Positions 24,513-34,093 of a stretch of DNA of 64,000 nucleotides are shown piece after piece. The stretch lies in sequence record MH791414.1; one strand, 5' to 3'. Every line of letters begins with the position of its first letter. Within the stretch, counting starts at the first letter, position 1. The notes below the pieces were generated by a model, which ran no database searches, was not told where the DNA came from, and was given only the letters and a program-made list of their open reading frames with translations. The translations under genes were made by a program, and so were the position numbers.

Positions 24513-24694
24513 TAAATCAATTCTCTACCACAAGACGATACATTGTTCATGTCTAGGCAAGAATTGATTATACATTGAATGGTGAGCTATAGCGAGCCAC
24601 GCGCTTGCGCGACTCACTTCGTTCGTATTTCTAACTGTAGATCTTCTATATAAATACTTATAGGGAATTTATAATTTGATTACAGATGAAACTA
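24513..24694. repeat. composite intergenic repeat, copy 1
   Basis: AATCAATTCT inverted repeat, GC box and 26-bp AT core shared with 61916-62116. Confidence 0.9.
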
Positions 24695-25171
24695 ACCAAT
24701 CACTTTCTTTACAAGAGCACCATCAAACAGCAATCCTTTTTGTTGAGCTGCCTTCTTACAGGCTCCCATCACTTGACCGATGTTTGAACCCACATTGAGT
24801 TGGCTAATGACCTCTTTGATGTGTTCTTCATCGAACACTTTCGGGAGATAGGACCCTAGCAGTTCACGTTCAATCATCAAGTCTGTGAATTTGATGTCAG
24901 TTTTAAGAATATCCATCACTTCTTGATTGGTCATATCGTTTGATACGGATACAACCCGTTTACGGATCTCGGTAACTGCTTCGTCAATGTTTTTAACGAA
25001 TTTACGAATAACCGCTTGAACTTGCTCGTCAGTTACTACCTGATTACCGGAAGGACTTGCTTCACCAATCAGGGTTGTTAGAGCGTTGATACGAACTTTC
25101 CCGTAATGGGTCGAACGATCTTCAGATTTGCGGAATGCGATTTGGTCTTTTTTGATTTTTTCAAGCAGCAT
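24692..25171 (-). CDS. GatB/YqeY domain protein
   Basis: LLEKIKKDQ...LTTLIGE...IRKFVK...YLPK...IGQVMG. Confidence 0.85.
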   Translation of the reverse strand: MLLEKIKKDQIAFRKSEDRSTHYGKVRINALTTLIGEASPSGNQVVTDEQVQAVIRKFVKNIDEAVTEIRKRVVSVSNDMTNQEVMDILKTDIKFTDLMIERELLGSYLPKVFDEEHIKEVISQLNVGSNIGQVMGACKKAAQQKGLLFDGALVKKVIG

Positions 25172-25418
25172 TTAATACACCTTTCATATATTGGATAGTT
25201 GATTTGAGGGTTTCCAGATCTTCTTTACAAGAGTTGTTTTCAACCCAAGCAATAAACGCTAAAACCTCTTGGGCTTCCATAACGTTCAAAGATTTTTTAT
25301 GCATCGCTCGGTTGTATACCGCTTCGATTGCATATTCAGAAGGATTCGCGATACAAACCCATTCTCGATAACGTGGGTAAAGTTCGTAAAACTCATGCAT
25401 GTTCAGACGAATAATCAT
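25161..25418 (-). CDS. hypothetical protein
   Basis: GAGGA SD before MIIRL. Confidence 0.65.
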   Translation of the reverse strand: MIIRLNMHEFYELYPRYREWVCIANPSEYAIEAVYNRAMHKKSLNVMEAQEVLAFIAWVENNSCKEDLETLKSTIQYMKGVLNAA

Positions 25419-25486
25419 GGTATTTTCCTCTTTGTTTTGATTCGAGACTAATTTAACTCTAATTCTGTTCTGTGTCAAATCTTTTC

Positions 25487-25870
25487 TTATCGGATGGAAA
25501 TGAAGCCATAAACACCAGAAGATGAACCGACAGACATCGCGGCCTTCCAATTGTCGATATGACCACGAACATACTTAGAGGCCGATTTCCAACCATTACC
25601 TTTATGGATATTACCGTTTTCCATATCAACAAACCAAACCATAGATCCTGTGGTTTCTTCTCGACCATAATCATGCATCACGATTCGGGCGAACTTGCGG
25701 CCTATTTGATAGGAATAGGAACGACGATTCAGGTTAGCTTCGATGAAGGATTCAACATGTTTTTCGTCATAACGAGCCCGCATTTCGGGAAGAACCCGAT
25801 TAAACCAGTTGTCTTCAGAGAAGGAATTCATTTCAGCAACCATGGTTTCGATTTTGTTCAGCATAATCAT
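25487..25870 (-). CDS. conserved phage early protein (GRKF...FVD..G.IHK..GWK motif)
   Basis: First gene after early promoter and leader motif. Confidence 0.7.
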   Translation of the reverse strand: MIMLNKIETMVAEMNSFSEDNWFNRVLPEMRARYDEKHVESFIEANLNRRSYSYQIGRKFARIVMHDYGREETTGSMVWFVDMENGNIHKGNGWKSASKYVRGHIDNWKAAMSVGSSSGVYGFISIR

Positions 25871-25883
25871 TCTCCTAATGGGG

Positions 25884-25930
25884 TCTCGTTTCAACAGGGA
25901 TAGTATCTCACAGCCCGGTTATTCGATCAA
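25884..25930 (-). promoter_or_regulatory. early promoter plus GAAACGAGA leader
   Basis: TTGATC-17-GATACT then GTTGAAACGAGA. Confidence 0.7.
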
Positions 25931-26230
25931 GCATTTTTCCACAAAAGTTTTAGCCAATTTGAGTTCTGACACAATGACATCAAAGTAAGCTTGGCGGATG
26001 TCCGGATCTTTTATATCGAATACTTCATTTTTTGTTACGAGTTCATACTTATCAAACATGTTACTGGCCCGGAGTAGGGCTTGAAACACAAAAGTATGAT
26101 TTTCGAAGTATGGTCCGGAATTCAGGGCCATCATTGCCGGACCAAAACAATCATTTGAACCCTTAAATTGAAATTCTTTCTCGAAGGTACAAATTGCGAT
26201 ATTGATCTTACTAATAATTTCTGATTTCAT
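25919..26230 (-). CDS. hypothetical protein
   Basis: AAGGA SD before MKSEII. Confidence 0.65.
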   Translation of the reverse strand: MKSEIISKINIAICTFEKEFQFKGSNDCFGPAMMALNSGPYFENHTFVFQALLRASNMFDKYELVTKNEVFDIKDPDIRQAYFDVIVSELKLAKTFVEKCLIE

Positions 26231-26298
26231 AGAAATATCCTTGATTTTGTGTGTTTTCTTTTCCAACAACCCACATGTTAGCAAAACAACAGTATAAG

Positions 26299-26517
26299 TC
26301 AACGTTTTAAATCAACTTTTTCGCAGATTTCTTTATACCGGGTTTTGAGACAGTTCAACCAATGGTTATGAAGCGGGTCATTCTTGCCTGACAGATGTTC
26401 ATCCAACATGTCTGTTAGAAGTTGAAAATTGTCCAGAATGTAAGCTTGGTCCTCGATAGAAATAGGATTAAAGCTGATTCCTTGATTTTTAGAGAAAATC
26501 CGGTTTGGTTGTGTCAT
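26299..26517 (-). CDS. hypothetical protein
   Basis: ATGA overlap. Confidence 0.6.
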   Translation of the reverse strand: MTQPNRIFSKNQGISFNPISIEDQAYILDNFQLLTDMLDEHLSGKNDPLHNHWLNCLKTRYKEICEKVDLKR

Positions 26518-26873
26518 TTTGTCACCCCGAGATATCGTTTAACTGCTTCTTTCTCTTGATCACTCAGAGAATTGAAGGCATTAATTGCGTTTTGTTCTTC
26601 GGTGGTAACCAGCTTTTCGATCTTGATGATTTGGGTTACTTCATAACTACCATTATCGAATGTATTATAATCATCTTCACCGAAAACTTTATAAGTCGAA
26701 ACCATATCATATTGTGAAGTGTTACGAACATTAATTGTTTTGACAATAAAATAGTCCACATTTCGTGGAACCATATTGTTGTCAATACACCACTGGATAG
26801 CGGAGCTTACTTTTCCATCAAAATATCCAAGATTGTGGACTTCTTCACCAATTTGGCAAGACATAAAAAACAT
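26514..26873 (-). CDS. hypothetical protein, paralog of 52389..52733
   Basis: LGYFD..VS.A.Q.CID and C-terminal helix shared. Confidence 0.75.
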   Translation of the reverse strand: MFFMSCQIGEEVHNLGYFDGKVSSAIQWCIDNNMVPRNVDYFIVKTINVRNTSQYDMVSTYKVFGEDDYNTFDNGSYEVTQIIKIEKLVTTEEQNAINAFNSLSDQEKEAVKRYLGVTK

Positions 26874-26882
26874 ATGATCTCC

Positions 26883-27194
26883 TTAAAATTCGGTTTTTAA
26901 AACGAGACACCCGTCATCGTCTTTCCAGTCGCCTGATTCAACAAGCACACTATAACATTGATCACAGATAGTATGCAAGGTAGAATCGCTATTTTCTAAA
27001 AAATTAGACCGATGTTCTTCACAAAAATACTTATCACAGCTGATTTCGTCTTCTCCATGCATACCACCACATGCATAACTCAATCCACGGTTAATTTTCT
27101 TATTACACCCCGGATGGTCACACGTACCCTCATGAACATACCCGATTGGACGTCCGTTTTTATCTAAACCACAATCACCCCAACTCATAATCAA
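26883..27194 (-). CDS. Cys/His-rich putative zinc-binding protein
   Basis: CDHPGC, CGGMHG, FCEEH, CDQC. Confidence 0.7.
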   Translation of the reverse strand: MIMSWGDCGLDKNGRPIGYVHEGTCDHPGCNKKINRGLSYACGGMHGEDEISCDKYFCEEHRSNFLENSDSTLHTICDQCYSVLVESGDWKDDDGCLVLKTEF

Positions 27195-27295
27195 TACCTC
27201 TTATAAATAACCCACATTAAAATTAGAAAAGCAACAGTTCCAGCTATAATATTTAAGAATGTCACCTCAACCATTGTAAGGATAAAATGTGTCAT

Positions 27296-27511
27296 TCATT
27301 TCTTCCTTTTTCCAATCAAATCCATATCTCGTAAAGCTGTTTCAGCCTTCCATTTCAAGGAAACATACGCACTGTGATGATCTTCATCGTAATCCCTAGT
27401 ATATTCCATGATCTCTTTTAGAGCTTTTCTGGCTACACCAAGGCGGGCCTTGGTGATGTTTACTCCGATACAGATCCTACGCTGTTTAAGTTTTTCTGAT
27501 GCAGTCATCAT
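27296..27511 (-). CDS. hypothetical protein
   Basis: AAGGA SD. Confidence 0.65.
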   Translation of the reverse strand: MMTASEKLKQRRICIGVNITKARLGVARKALKEIMEYTRDYDEDHHSAYVSLKWKAETALRDMDLIGKRKK

Positions 27512-27520
27512 AAGTTCCTT

Positions 27521-27823
27521 TTATGAAAAATAAATTGCTGCTCTGATATTCAAGGAAGCCATATCAAGACAAATACCAACCCAGTCCTCCTCGTAGATAT
27601 CACCACGTTCAAAGGTGTTCATTGCTTTTTCTATCTCGCGCAATGCTGAATCGATATGTCCTCTGACTTCATCTTGTCCATAATTGACGGAAATGTACAC
27701 ATCAGAAAGAGAGATCATCAACTGATTAAAATCTTCACTGGTGGCCTGTTCTTTGCTCAGTTTCACACCCAACAATTTTACAGAATTGAAAATATTACGC
27801 AGTGAGTCGGCAATAATAGTCAT
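27521..27823 (-). CDS. hypothetical protein
   Basis: GAGGA SD, follows early promoter. Confidence 0.7.
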   Translation of the reverse strand: MTIIADSLRNIFNSVKLLGVKLSKEQATSEDFNQLMISLSDVYISVNYGQDEVRGHIDSALREIEKAMNTFERGDIYEEDWVGICLDMASLNIRAAIYFS

Positions 27824-27893
27824 AAGAAATCCTCTTTTCGATTTATTATCTCAACAAATCTATTGTCTCACGAAGGAGACACTAGATCAATAC

Positions 27894-28133
27894 TCAATTC
27901 ACGATTTTTTCAACAATTTCAAAGAAACAGTTTTCGGTTTCGATGTGGATAGTGAAATCTTCCCCGATATCCCAAAATTCCCCACAAACTTGTACATCAA
28001 ATGGGTTCATACCAACCTTATTTGCCATCAATTGGTTGTGACTGTATGAACAACCTCCCAGAACGACATCCATAGCGATAAACTGCTCTTGGGCTTTTTC
28101 GTTTTTGAATTTAATGCAAAGTTTGGTAGTCAT
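27894..28133 (-). CDS. FKS-family protein
   Basis: IKFKNEKA...SHN...GMNPF, shared with 48203 and 51398. Confidence 0.75.
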   Translation of the reverse strand: MTTKLCIKFKNEKAQEQFIAMDVVLGGCSYSHNQLMANKVGMNPFDVQVCGEFWDIGEDFTIHIETENCFFEIVEKIVN

Positions 28134-28215
28134 AACTATATTCCTTTTTGATATTGGGGTTATCCCCTACACGAGTAATATTACTATAGAGGAATTTTAT
28201 ATGCAACAGATTTTA

Positions 28216-28464
28216 TTAGATTTCTTGAAAAAGATAGCTTTTTTGGTATTGCTGATGTGTGTGGGTAGTATCTACATCTGGAAATAGTGTGATAGTGAGG
28301 CTGTCAACACCTTTTACTTTTCTTGCCTTTGGAGGAACTACTGAATCAAGCTCCTTCCTGATCTCGGCGATATCTTTATCAACAGACCCGGTTCCTCGGC
28401 CAGCAGAAACAGAAATGACTGATTTTTCTAGATCGTTACGATAATAAGAACTGATATAAAGCAT
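28216..28464 (-). CDS. hypothetical protein
   Basis: TAATG coupling. Confidence 0.55.
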   Translation of the reverse strand: MLYISSYYRNDLEKSVISVSAGRGTGSVDKDIAEIRKELDSVVPPKARKVKGVDSLTITLFPDVDTTHTHQQYQKSYLFQEI

Positions 28465-28805
28465 TATTCACCTTCCTTGTTGTCAACGAACCCAGATACA
28501 TCGGCCTGTTGTAACCAACCCCATTCGCTAGAACCGACACACATCACAATTCCACCATCGAGAACCATATAAACATCGGTTGAACAAAGGTCAAACCCAA
28601 CATCAGAAACAACTGTCTCTTCATCAGAATTTTGTTGGAAATAGCAGTATCGAACAAAAACTTTCTTTACATTCGGGAAAAACTTTTGGATAGAAGCCAA
28701 AGCCTTTTCACTATTAACAAACTTATAGTTTTTTACATCCTTATCGATTTCAGATGTAAAAAATTCATCTACGTTCATTAAATCAATCATTATTAACTTC
28801 CTCAA
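28464..28805 (-). CDS. hypothetical protein
   Basis: 113-aa ORF in operon. Confidence 0.65.
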   Translation of the reverse strand: MRKLIMIDLMNVDEFFTSEIDKDVKNYKFVNSEKALASIQKFFPNVKKVFVRYCYFQQNSDEETVVSDVGFDLCSTDVYMVLDGGIVMCVGSSEWGWLQQADVSGFVDNKEGE

Positions 28806-28895
28806 TAAAAATATTGGATGGACAAGACTTGTTGGGATATTGGTGATCGACCGATTTACAACGATAATACCAGCTAGATTTATTAATGATCATCT

Positions 28896-29279
28896 TTATT
28901 CTTTTTTCCAGTTGATAATTAGGTTATCCAAAGTCTTCATTGACCTATCTTTGTGATTATAACCTATATGATCGTAAAAATCCCATACACTATCGAAGTA
29001 AATTTCTTGGTCTCGATAATAATTCTCTTTACCAATCACCGAATTCATTTTTTCATTATCTAAAGCCTCGCACCGATCATGACGATCAAACACACCAGTT
29101 TTAATTAAACCTTTAGAATAGAAATGATCATTCCAACGATCTAAAATTCTATTTACAAAGCTTTCGATTGATGTTAGTTGACGATACCATCCACCTTTAG
29201 GGTGACCATCATAGATACGGATTTTATAAAGTTGAGTTACTGGATGATCGTAAAATTTGTATGTATATACTTTATCCAT
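28896..29279 (-). CDS. hypothetical protein
   Basis: 127-aa ORF in operon. Confidence 0.7.
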   Translation of the reverse strand: MDKVYTYKFYDHPVTQLYKIRIYDGHPKGGWYRQLTSIESFVNRILDRWNDHFYSKGLIKTGVFDRHDRCEALDNEKMNSVIGKENYYRDQEIYFDSVWDFYDHIGYNHKDRSMKTLDNLIINWKKE

Positions 29280-29678
29280 TTAATACCTTATCTTTGAATA
29301 TGAAACCACCCCAACCGATTCCCAAAATAGTTGAGACCAAGAATATCCAGTATATGCCCAATATTTTTTATCACCAACTTTGATTAGGTTTACCAGCTCC
29401 GATCCTATTTTAGCACCACGGTGTTCCTCTTTAACGTAGCACATGACAAAGTTTGTGTATCCATTCATGATACCACGTGTTGCCAACCCAACAGGAACAC
29501 CGTCGATATATTTTACCGCAACTTTGGTGATAATTCTCTCACTACGTTTTATAACACGATTAAAAAACCCTTTGAGACTCCATCCATCAACGTACATTTT
29601 ATTGTCAAGTAGATATTGACAAATATCTTTAACGTGTGGACCAGTATAAACCTTTACATCACCATAGTTAACGATCAT
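29280..29678 (-). CDS. GNAT-family acetyltransferase
   Basis: Motif A CYVKEEHRGAKIGSELV and motif B-like FWESVG. Confidence 0.7.
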   Translation of the reverse strand: MIVNYGDVKVYTGPHVKDICQYLLDNKMYVDGWSLKGFFNRVIKRSERIITKVAVKYIDGVPVGLATRGIMNGYTNFVMCYVKEEHRGAKIGSELVNLIKVGDKKYWAYTGYSWSQLFWESVGVVSYSKIRY

Positions 29679-29679
29679 T

Positions 29680-29904
29680 TTACGCCTCGTAATTCAGAAT
29701 GTCTTGGATATCTGCCGATTCGATACCAACACCGAAGTTGTCTTTTTCGCAGTATCCATGAATTTCCATCTCAAGGTCGGAATCATAATAGCTGTAATAG
29801 TCCATAATTTTCCCGTTAGTAAGGGTGATGCGGATCACATCATCCATACTAGCATCCATATGTGCGAAGTTTTTTACACCATGAAGAGTTTTAATCATTG
29901 TCAT
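29680..29904 (-). CDS. hypothetical protein
   Basis: GAGG SD. Confidence 0.65.
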   Translation of the reverse strand: MTMIKTLHGVKNFAHMDASMDDVIRITLTNGKIMDYYSYYDSDLEMEIHGYCEKDNFGVGIESADIQDILNYEA

Positions 29905-29961
29905 TTCCTCAGTTCGTTTCGATATAGGTATTATGGACTACCTAAAAATAAAGATCAAGTA

Positions 29962-30159
29962 TTATTTTACTTCACCACAACACCAGATATCTTGTGTCTC
30001 GGTATCATCTCGGACGATATCCAGTTCACTCCAATTGTCCGTTTTCTTTGCGATTTCAATAGCTTCCTCTTCTGAGTTGGCATAGACATAAGAAGTTTTA
30101 TGACCTCTTACGTATCCACTGATTTCTTTACGAACCTCGTATTCTTTCATTTTTCCCAT
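29962..30159 (-). CDS. hypothetical protein (ANSEEEAIEIA motif)
   Basis: 65 aa. Confidence 0.65.
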   Translation of the reverse strand: MGKMKEYEVRKEISGYVRGHKTSYVYANSEEEAIEIAKKTDNWSELDIVRDDTETQDIWCCGEVK

Positions 30160-30160
30160 G

Positions 30161-30463
30161 TTACATATCCTTTACATATTTTTTCAGCATGTTGTTTGGT
30201 TGCCAAGCTCGACCATGTTCCCGGTCTTTCAGATCCATATATCCCTCTTCGGTCAATGCGACCATTTTAAAATCGCCAGCAGAAGAAAATTCAGAACCGT
30301 TTTCGGTGGACCACACATGACCTTGGTCTCGTGTCGCCATTTCAATACCCTTTTGTTTTTCCAAACAAACGATAAATCCGTCTGGACGGCAACCCCAACC
30401 CCGTTCGTATTCTGTTACATCTGCTACGTAACCAATGTATTGTAAATTCTGGTTCATTATCAT
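30161..30463 (-). CDS. hypothetical protein (EYERGWG motif)
   Basis: 100 aa. Confidence 0.7.
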   Translation of the reverse strand: MIMNQNLQYIGYVADVTEYERGWGCRPDGFIVCLEKQKGIEMATRDQGHVWSTENGSEFSSAGDFKMVALTEEGYMDLKDREHGRAWQPNNMLKKYVKDM

Positions 30464-30744
30464 TTCCCCTTATAGTTACTTTCGATAACATCAATGATAT
30501 GCTTAACCATATCACGATTTGTATCTTTTTCCAAACTAAAATTACTGATATCCATAGAAAATAATGATTTTGGTAGGGAGAATTTCCGAGCCAACAACCC
30601 AGACCCATATGGTCCTTGAATAAAGAAATCGTAATCGTCTTTATAAGGTCTGATCTCTTTCAAATACACCTTTACAAATTTTTTAACTGATATTTCAATA
30701 GTTTTGGCATACTCTACACGATATGTATGATGAATCATCTTCAT
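30460..30744 (-). CDS. hypothetical protein, paralog of 10441..10767
   Basis: EIRPYKDDYDF. Confidence 0.7.
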   Translation of the reverse strand: MKMIHHTYRVEYAKTIEISVKKFVKVYLKEIRPYKDDYDFFIQGPYGSGLLARKFSLPKSLFSMDISNFSLEKDTNRDMVKHIIDVIESNYKGK

Positions 30745-30995
30745 AGGTTGAATCCTTCTGGGAAGTTAACAAACACTGGTTTGACGCAATCAGCACCTTT
30801 CATCATCGCGCTACATGCGACCCGACCAACCAGCTTATAAAGGTTCGATTTAAAATTGTCTTTATTGCAACCGATTGTAGATTTACATTTTAAATCATTA
30901 ATTTCCCAAAAACAATATAAAATGTGAGTCTCCCCGGTCCTTTCGACCCGACCGGGGTTTGCATTACGACTAAAAATTTCAAGAGTTACCATCAA
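30741..30995 (-). CDS. hypothetical protein
   Basis: ATGA overlaps. Confidence 0.6.
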   Translation of the reverse strand: MMVTLEIFSRNANPGRVERTGETHILYCFWEINDLKCKSTIGCNKDNFKSNLYKLVGRVACSAMMKGADCVKPVFVNFPEGFNL

Positions 30996-31708
30996 TAAAA
31001 CTCCGCAGTTACGATTTCACACAGTGGACTGACCCCATTCCAATCGTTCAAATAAATTGATGTGTCAACGCCACAACCCGGATCTAGACGGATTCCGGTT
31101 TGTTCTGTGAACTTCTTATATTTGTTTGATGGTTCCTTGTCACAAAACGACTGTACACCGCTATATTTGAACCCGGCGCTTTGTTGGGGGATAATGAACA
31201 CCCCAAATTCAGAAACCTTACTAGCGGCCTCTATGAGCTTGTATTCGAATTCAGCCCCAGTATAAACACCCTTATATCCCGATGTATTGATATTACCAAA
31301 TGGTGGGTTACTAATACAAAAATCAAACCGGTCTGATGTTTCGTCACAATACGACAACGCATCACCTTGAATCCAATTGGCATGAGGTACAACCCGTTTG
31401 CCAACTTCCAGATAGTCGTGGTTCAATTCTACACAAGTAATCTCGTTGTCGTATAGCCAAAAGGACAATCCACCTATACCAGCACATAGGTCCAATACAG
31501 TACGGTCTGAGTTTACTTCGATCATTGCATCCCGAGCAAGCATCGGGGGAGTAAAGAAAGCACCAGCCAGCCCGTTCATTTGGGTTGCCCCTTCCTGATA
31601 GTTCTCAAGAATAAAAAATCGTTCATCCCATGTCAATACTCGGTCTGAATGAACCAGATCTAGGGCCTGATTATGGAGTTTTAAAAGAGCTTTGCTGATT
31701 TTAGCCAT
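30992..31708 (-). CDS. orphan SAM-dependent methyltransferase (N6-adenine type)
   Basis: FFTP, motif I LDLCAGIG, motif IV NPPF. Confidence 0.85.
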   Translation of the reverse strand: MAKISKALLKLHNQALDLVHSDRVLTWDERFFILENYQEGATQMNGLAGAFFTPPMLARDAMIEVNSDRTVLDLCAGIGGLSFWLYDNEITCVELNHDYLEVGKRVVPHANWIQGDALSYCDETSDRFDFCISNPPFGNINTSGYKGVYTGAEFEYKLIEAASKVSEFGVFIIPQQSAGFKYSGVQSFCDKEPSNKYKKFTEQTGIRLDPGCGVDTSIYLNDWNGVSPLCEIVTAEFY

Positions 31709-31710
31709 CG

Positions 31711-32010
31711 TTACTTACTCCAACGTTTCGGTGCTGGGCAGATTTCTTGTACCGGGCATTGATCACAATAACCACTGGTATACATGACTTCTTTGCCCGG
31801 CGTTTCCACTTCTTCCCATTGATCATCTGGAATTTCTTCATTCAGAACACAACCCCAGATTTGGGCTTCCTTGTTACCCCAATAAAACACAGGCATTGTG
31901 TTTGCGATCTTGGTACAAAGCTTTTGAAGTTTCGATTTGCTCAACGCAATACCGTATTCTTGTTTTGCTTTCAATTCTTTATATTCTTCTTCAGACAGTA
32001 CATATTGCAT
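31711..32010 (-). CDS. hypothetical protein with Cys cluster
   Basis: YCDQCPVQEIC. Confidence 0.7.
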   Translation of the reverse strand: MQYVLSEEEYKELKAKQEYGIALSKSKLQKLCTKIANTMPVFYWGNKEAQIWGCVLNEEIPDDQWEEVETPGKEVMYTSGYCDQCPVQEICPAPKRWSK

Positions 32011-32247
32011 TTAAATAAACTCCAATTTTAGAAAAGTACCACGTAGATGTTCTACGTTTCGACCACCCATAGCAGGAACGGAAAGATATGGATCCCATTT
32101 GATACCATACATAACTCGTTCTGGAACAGCCACAACAGAGATTGAACGGACCTCTGGCTTTTTATCTGTGCCTGAATTCCAGAGATACAGACCGGGTTCT
32201 GTAGGGTGGATTGTTGTGAAATCTTTCAGATTGATATTCATTAACAA
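32011..32247 (-). CDS. hypothetical protein
   Basis: PTEPGLYLW motif. Confidence 0.6.
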   Translation of the reverse strand: MLMNINLKDFTTIHPTEPGLYLWNSGTDKKPEVRSISVVAVPERVMYGIKWDPYLSVPAMGGRNVEHLRGTFLKLEFI

Positions 32248-32669
32248 TGAATCCTTACCTTAGAGACAGAATCTTTTAGGGATTCAAACGTATCGACCAA
32301 TAAAGAACCATTCCATGGAACTTGATGATAAAGAAAGACATCAACATAAGTATCTTCCATATCGTCTGTGTAATAATTCTTTGTTTCGAACCGATAAGTA
32401 TCCCCATCAATTTCTAGAGTACCGGTAATCCCGTCTTCGTACAAGTGTTTCCAACGATTAAAATCATCAGACTCAACCCCATACTCTAAAGACACCAAAT
32501 CATCACCAAATTCCATCTGAAATTCTGTACGATAATATTCTTTATTCGTATCAAGGTCAATAATTTTTCCCTGCCGACGAACCACATATTTTGTTGATCC
32601 GTCCTTCATCTTGAGGGTGTAATGACCGATTGTGATACGGCTTACAATATCGTTCAATGTGATATTCAT
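32241..32669 (-). CDS. hypothetical protein
   Basis: 142 aa in operon. Confidence 0.7.
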   Translation of the reverse strand: MNITLNDIVSRITIGHYTLKMKDGSTKYVVRRQGKIIDLDTNKEYYRTEFQMEFGDDLVSLEYGVESDDFNRWKHLYEDGITGTLEIDGDTYRFETKNYYTDDMEDTYVDVFLYHQVPWNGSLLVDTFESLKDSVSKVRIHC

Positions 32670-32920
32670 AGATGTTTACTCCGAAAATTATTCCATACGA
32701 TAGCAGACAAATTGTCTGGGTGGTTGGGGTCATGGTTTACACCATCAAGGATATAATCTGTATTTTCTTCATAATCAACCCACAGATTGGTTGCATTACG
32801 AAGAACCATCAGATTTACCGAGTCGTATTTGATTGCGATCTTGATGTCTTCTGGATTTTCGATTAGTTGTGTTTCCAACCAATCCATTACACGTCTATAT
32901 CGAGATTGAATGTTAGACAT
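32666..32920 (-). CDS. hypothetical protein
   Basis: ATGA overlap. Confidence 0.65.
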   Translation of the reverse strand: MSNIQSRYRRVMDWLETQLIENPEDIKIAIKYDSVNLMVLRNATNLWVDYEENTDYILDGVNHDPNHPDNLSAIVWNNFRSKHL

Positions 32921-33251
32921 ATGCGTTATACCCTCGAATTAAAGATTTAAGAAGAATATAGATTTTCAATTTTGCATGACCTATCGTATCAACCGGGTGC
33001 CAATACATATCATAAAATGGGTTGCTGGATCCGGTTGTATAATAATCTATATCCGCACTTTGAATAACTTCCCTAGCAACAAAATATTTTTCTTTTTTGT
33101 CGTCTCCAACAAATTTGAAAATATCAAATCCTTTTATACATATCACAAGCCCGGTAGCTCTTTTGTCTATGTAAGTACCATGCAATGGGTCGTTATCGTT
33201 TTTTGTTTTATATATTTTGGGTTTGTGGGTTAATGCAGGATAGTAATTCAC
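32913..33251 (-). CDS. hypothetical protein
   Basis: 112 aa in operon. Confidence 0.65.
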   Translation of the reverse strand: MNYYPALTHKPKIYKTKNDNDPLHGTYIDKRATGLVICIKGFDIFKFVGDDKKEKYFVAREVIQSADIDYYTTGSSNPFYDMYWHPVDTIGHAKLKIYILLKSLIRGYNAYV

Positions 33252-33478
33252 TTCGAGATCCCATCTTGAATAGTTTTACGAAGAGATTCCTTACATTCTT
33301 CGCTTTGTTCGTTACCACACCAAATTTGTTCAGCAACACCCTTCACGCCGTTTTGTTTTACTTCGGTATATGCAACGTATGCGATATAACCTTGTACCCC
33401 GATGGTAGCAATGATCATCAGAAATACGAAGCCAAAGAAGAAAGGGAACATATTGAACGGGAATTCACTTTTACGCAT
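33248..33478 (-). CDS. small membrane protein
   Basis: Single long hydrophobic segment, GAGGA SD. Confidence 0.7.
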   Translation of the reverse strand: MRKSEFPFNMFPFFFGFVFLMIIATIGVQGYIAYVAYTEVKQNGVKGVAEQIWCGNEQSEECKESLRKTIQDGISK

Positions 33479-33637
33479 GTTTTAGTCCTCATTAATTTAT
33501 ATAAAGATAGTATCAGTTATTTTTGTTTCTTACAAGTGGTTCTTCGAATCCCACCGCGTTTTGTGATCTCGATACCACTTAGGTCATTTTCTTTGTTATC
33601 TTCAATGAATTTAATCATGTCTTTTGATAACAAAAAC

Positions 33638-34093
33638 TTAACAAGAAGTTTTGAGAGTATCGTTTTCATATACTGTAATGACACCTCGTGTGGTGGCGAA
33701 TTTAAATACAGGGTCTCTGTCACCATCCGTATCTAAAATAACATTAAGGATCTTACCACCGAATTCTGCACCATCTTCATCGTCAGGGACATCCCCATGA
33801 AATTTTGACGATACAAAAATTTTACCAATATATTTTTCTCGGAGGATATCACAAATTCGCGACTCTTCGTGTTCGACCAATACCCTGTATTGACCATTGG
33901 CTGAAATAGAAATTTCTTTCCCAGACCAATTATCTTGTTCATGGACATTTTCCGTCTTAGCCACATAATTAAAGACATCGGTATGTGGACCTTCATATTT
34001 TTCAATTTTGGTGATGGTAACAGCTCGGTCAGACCAAGGGAGGATCCGCATCCCCACGGTCAATTCACTACCCAAAATTAGTTTTGTTTTCAT
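33638..34093 (-). CDS. hypothetical protein
   Basis: GAGGA SD. Confidence 0.7.
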   Translation of the reverse strand: MKTKLILGSELTVGMRILPWSDRAVTITKIEKYEGPHTDVFNYVAKTENVHEQDNWSGKEISISANGQYRVLVEHEESRICDILREKYIGKIFVSSKFHGDVPDDEDGAEFGGKILNVILDTDGDRDPVFKFATTRGVITVYENDTLKTSC

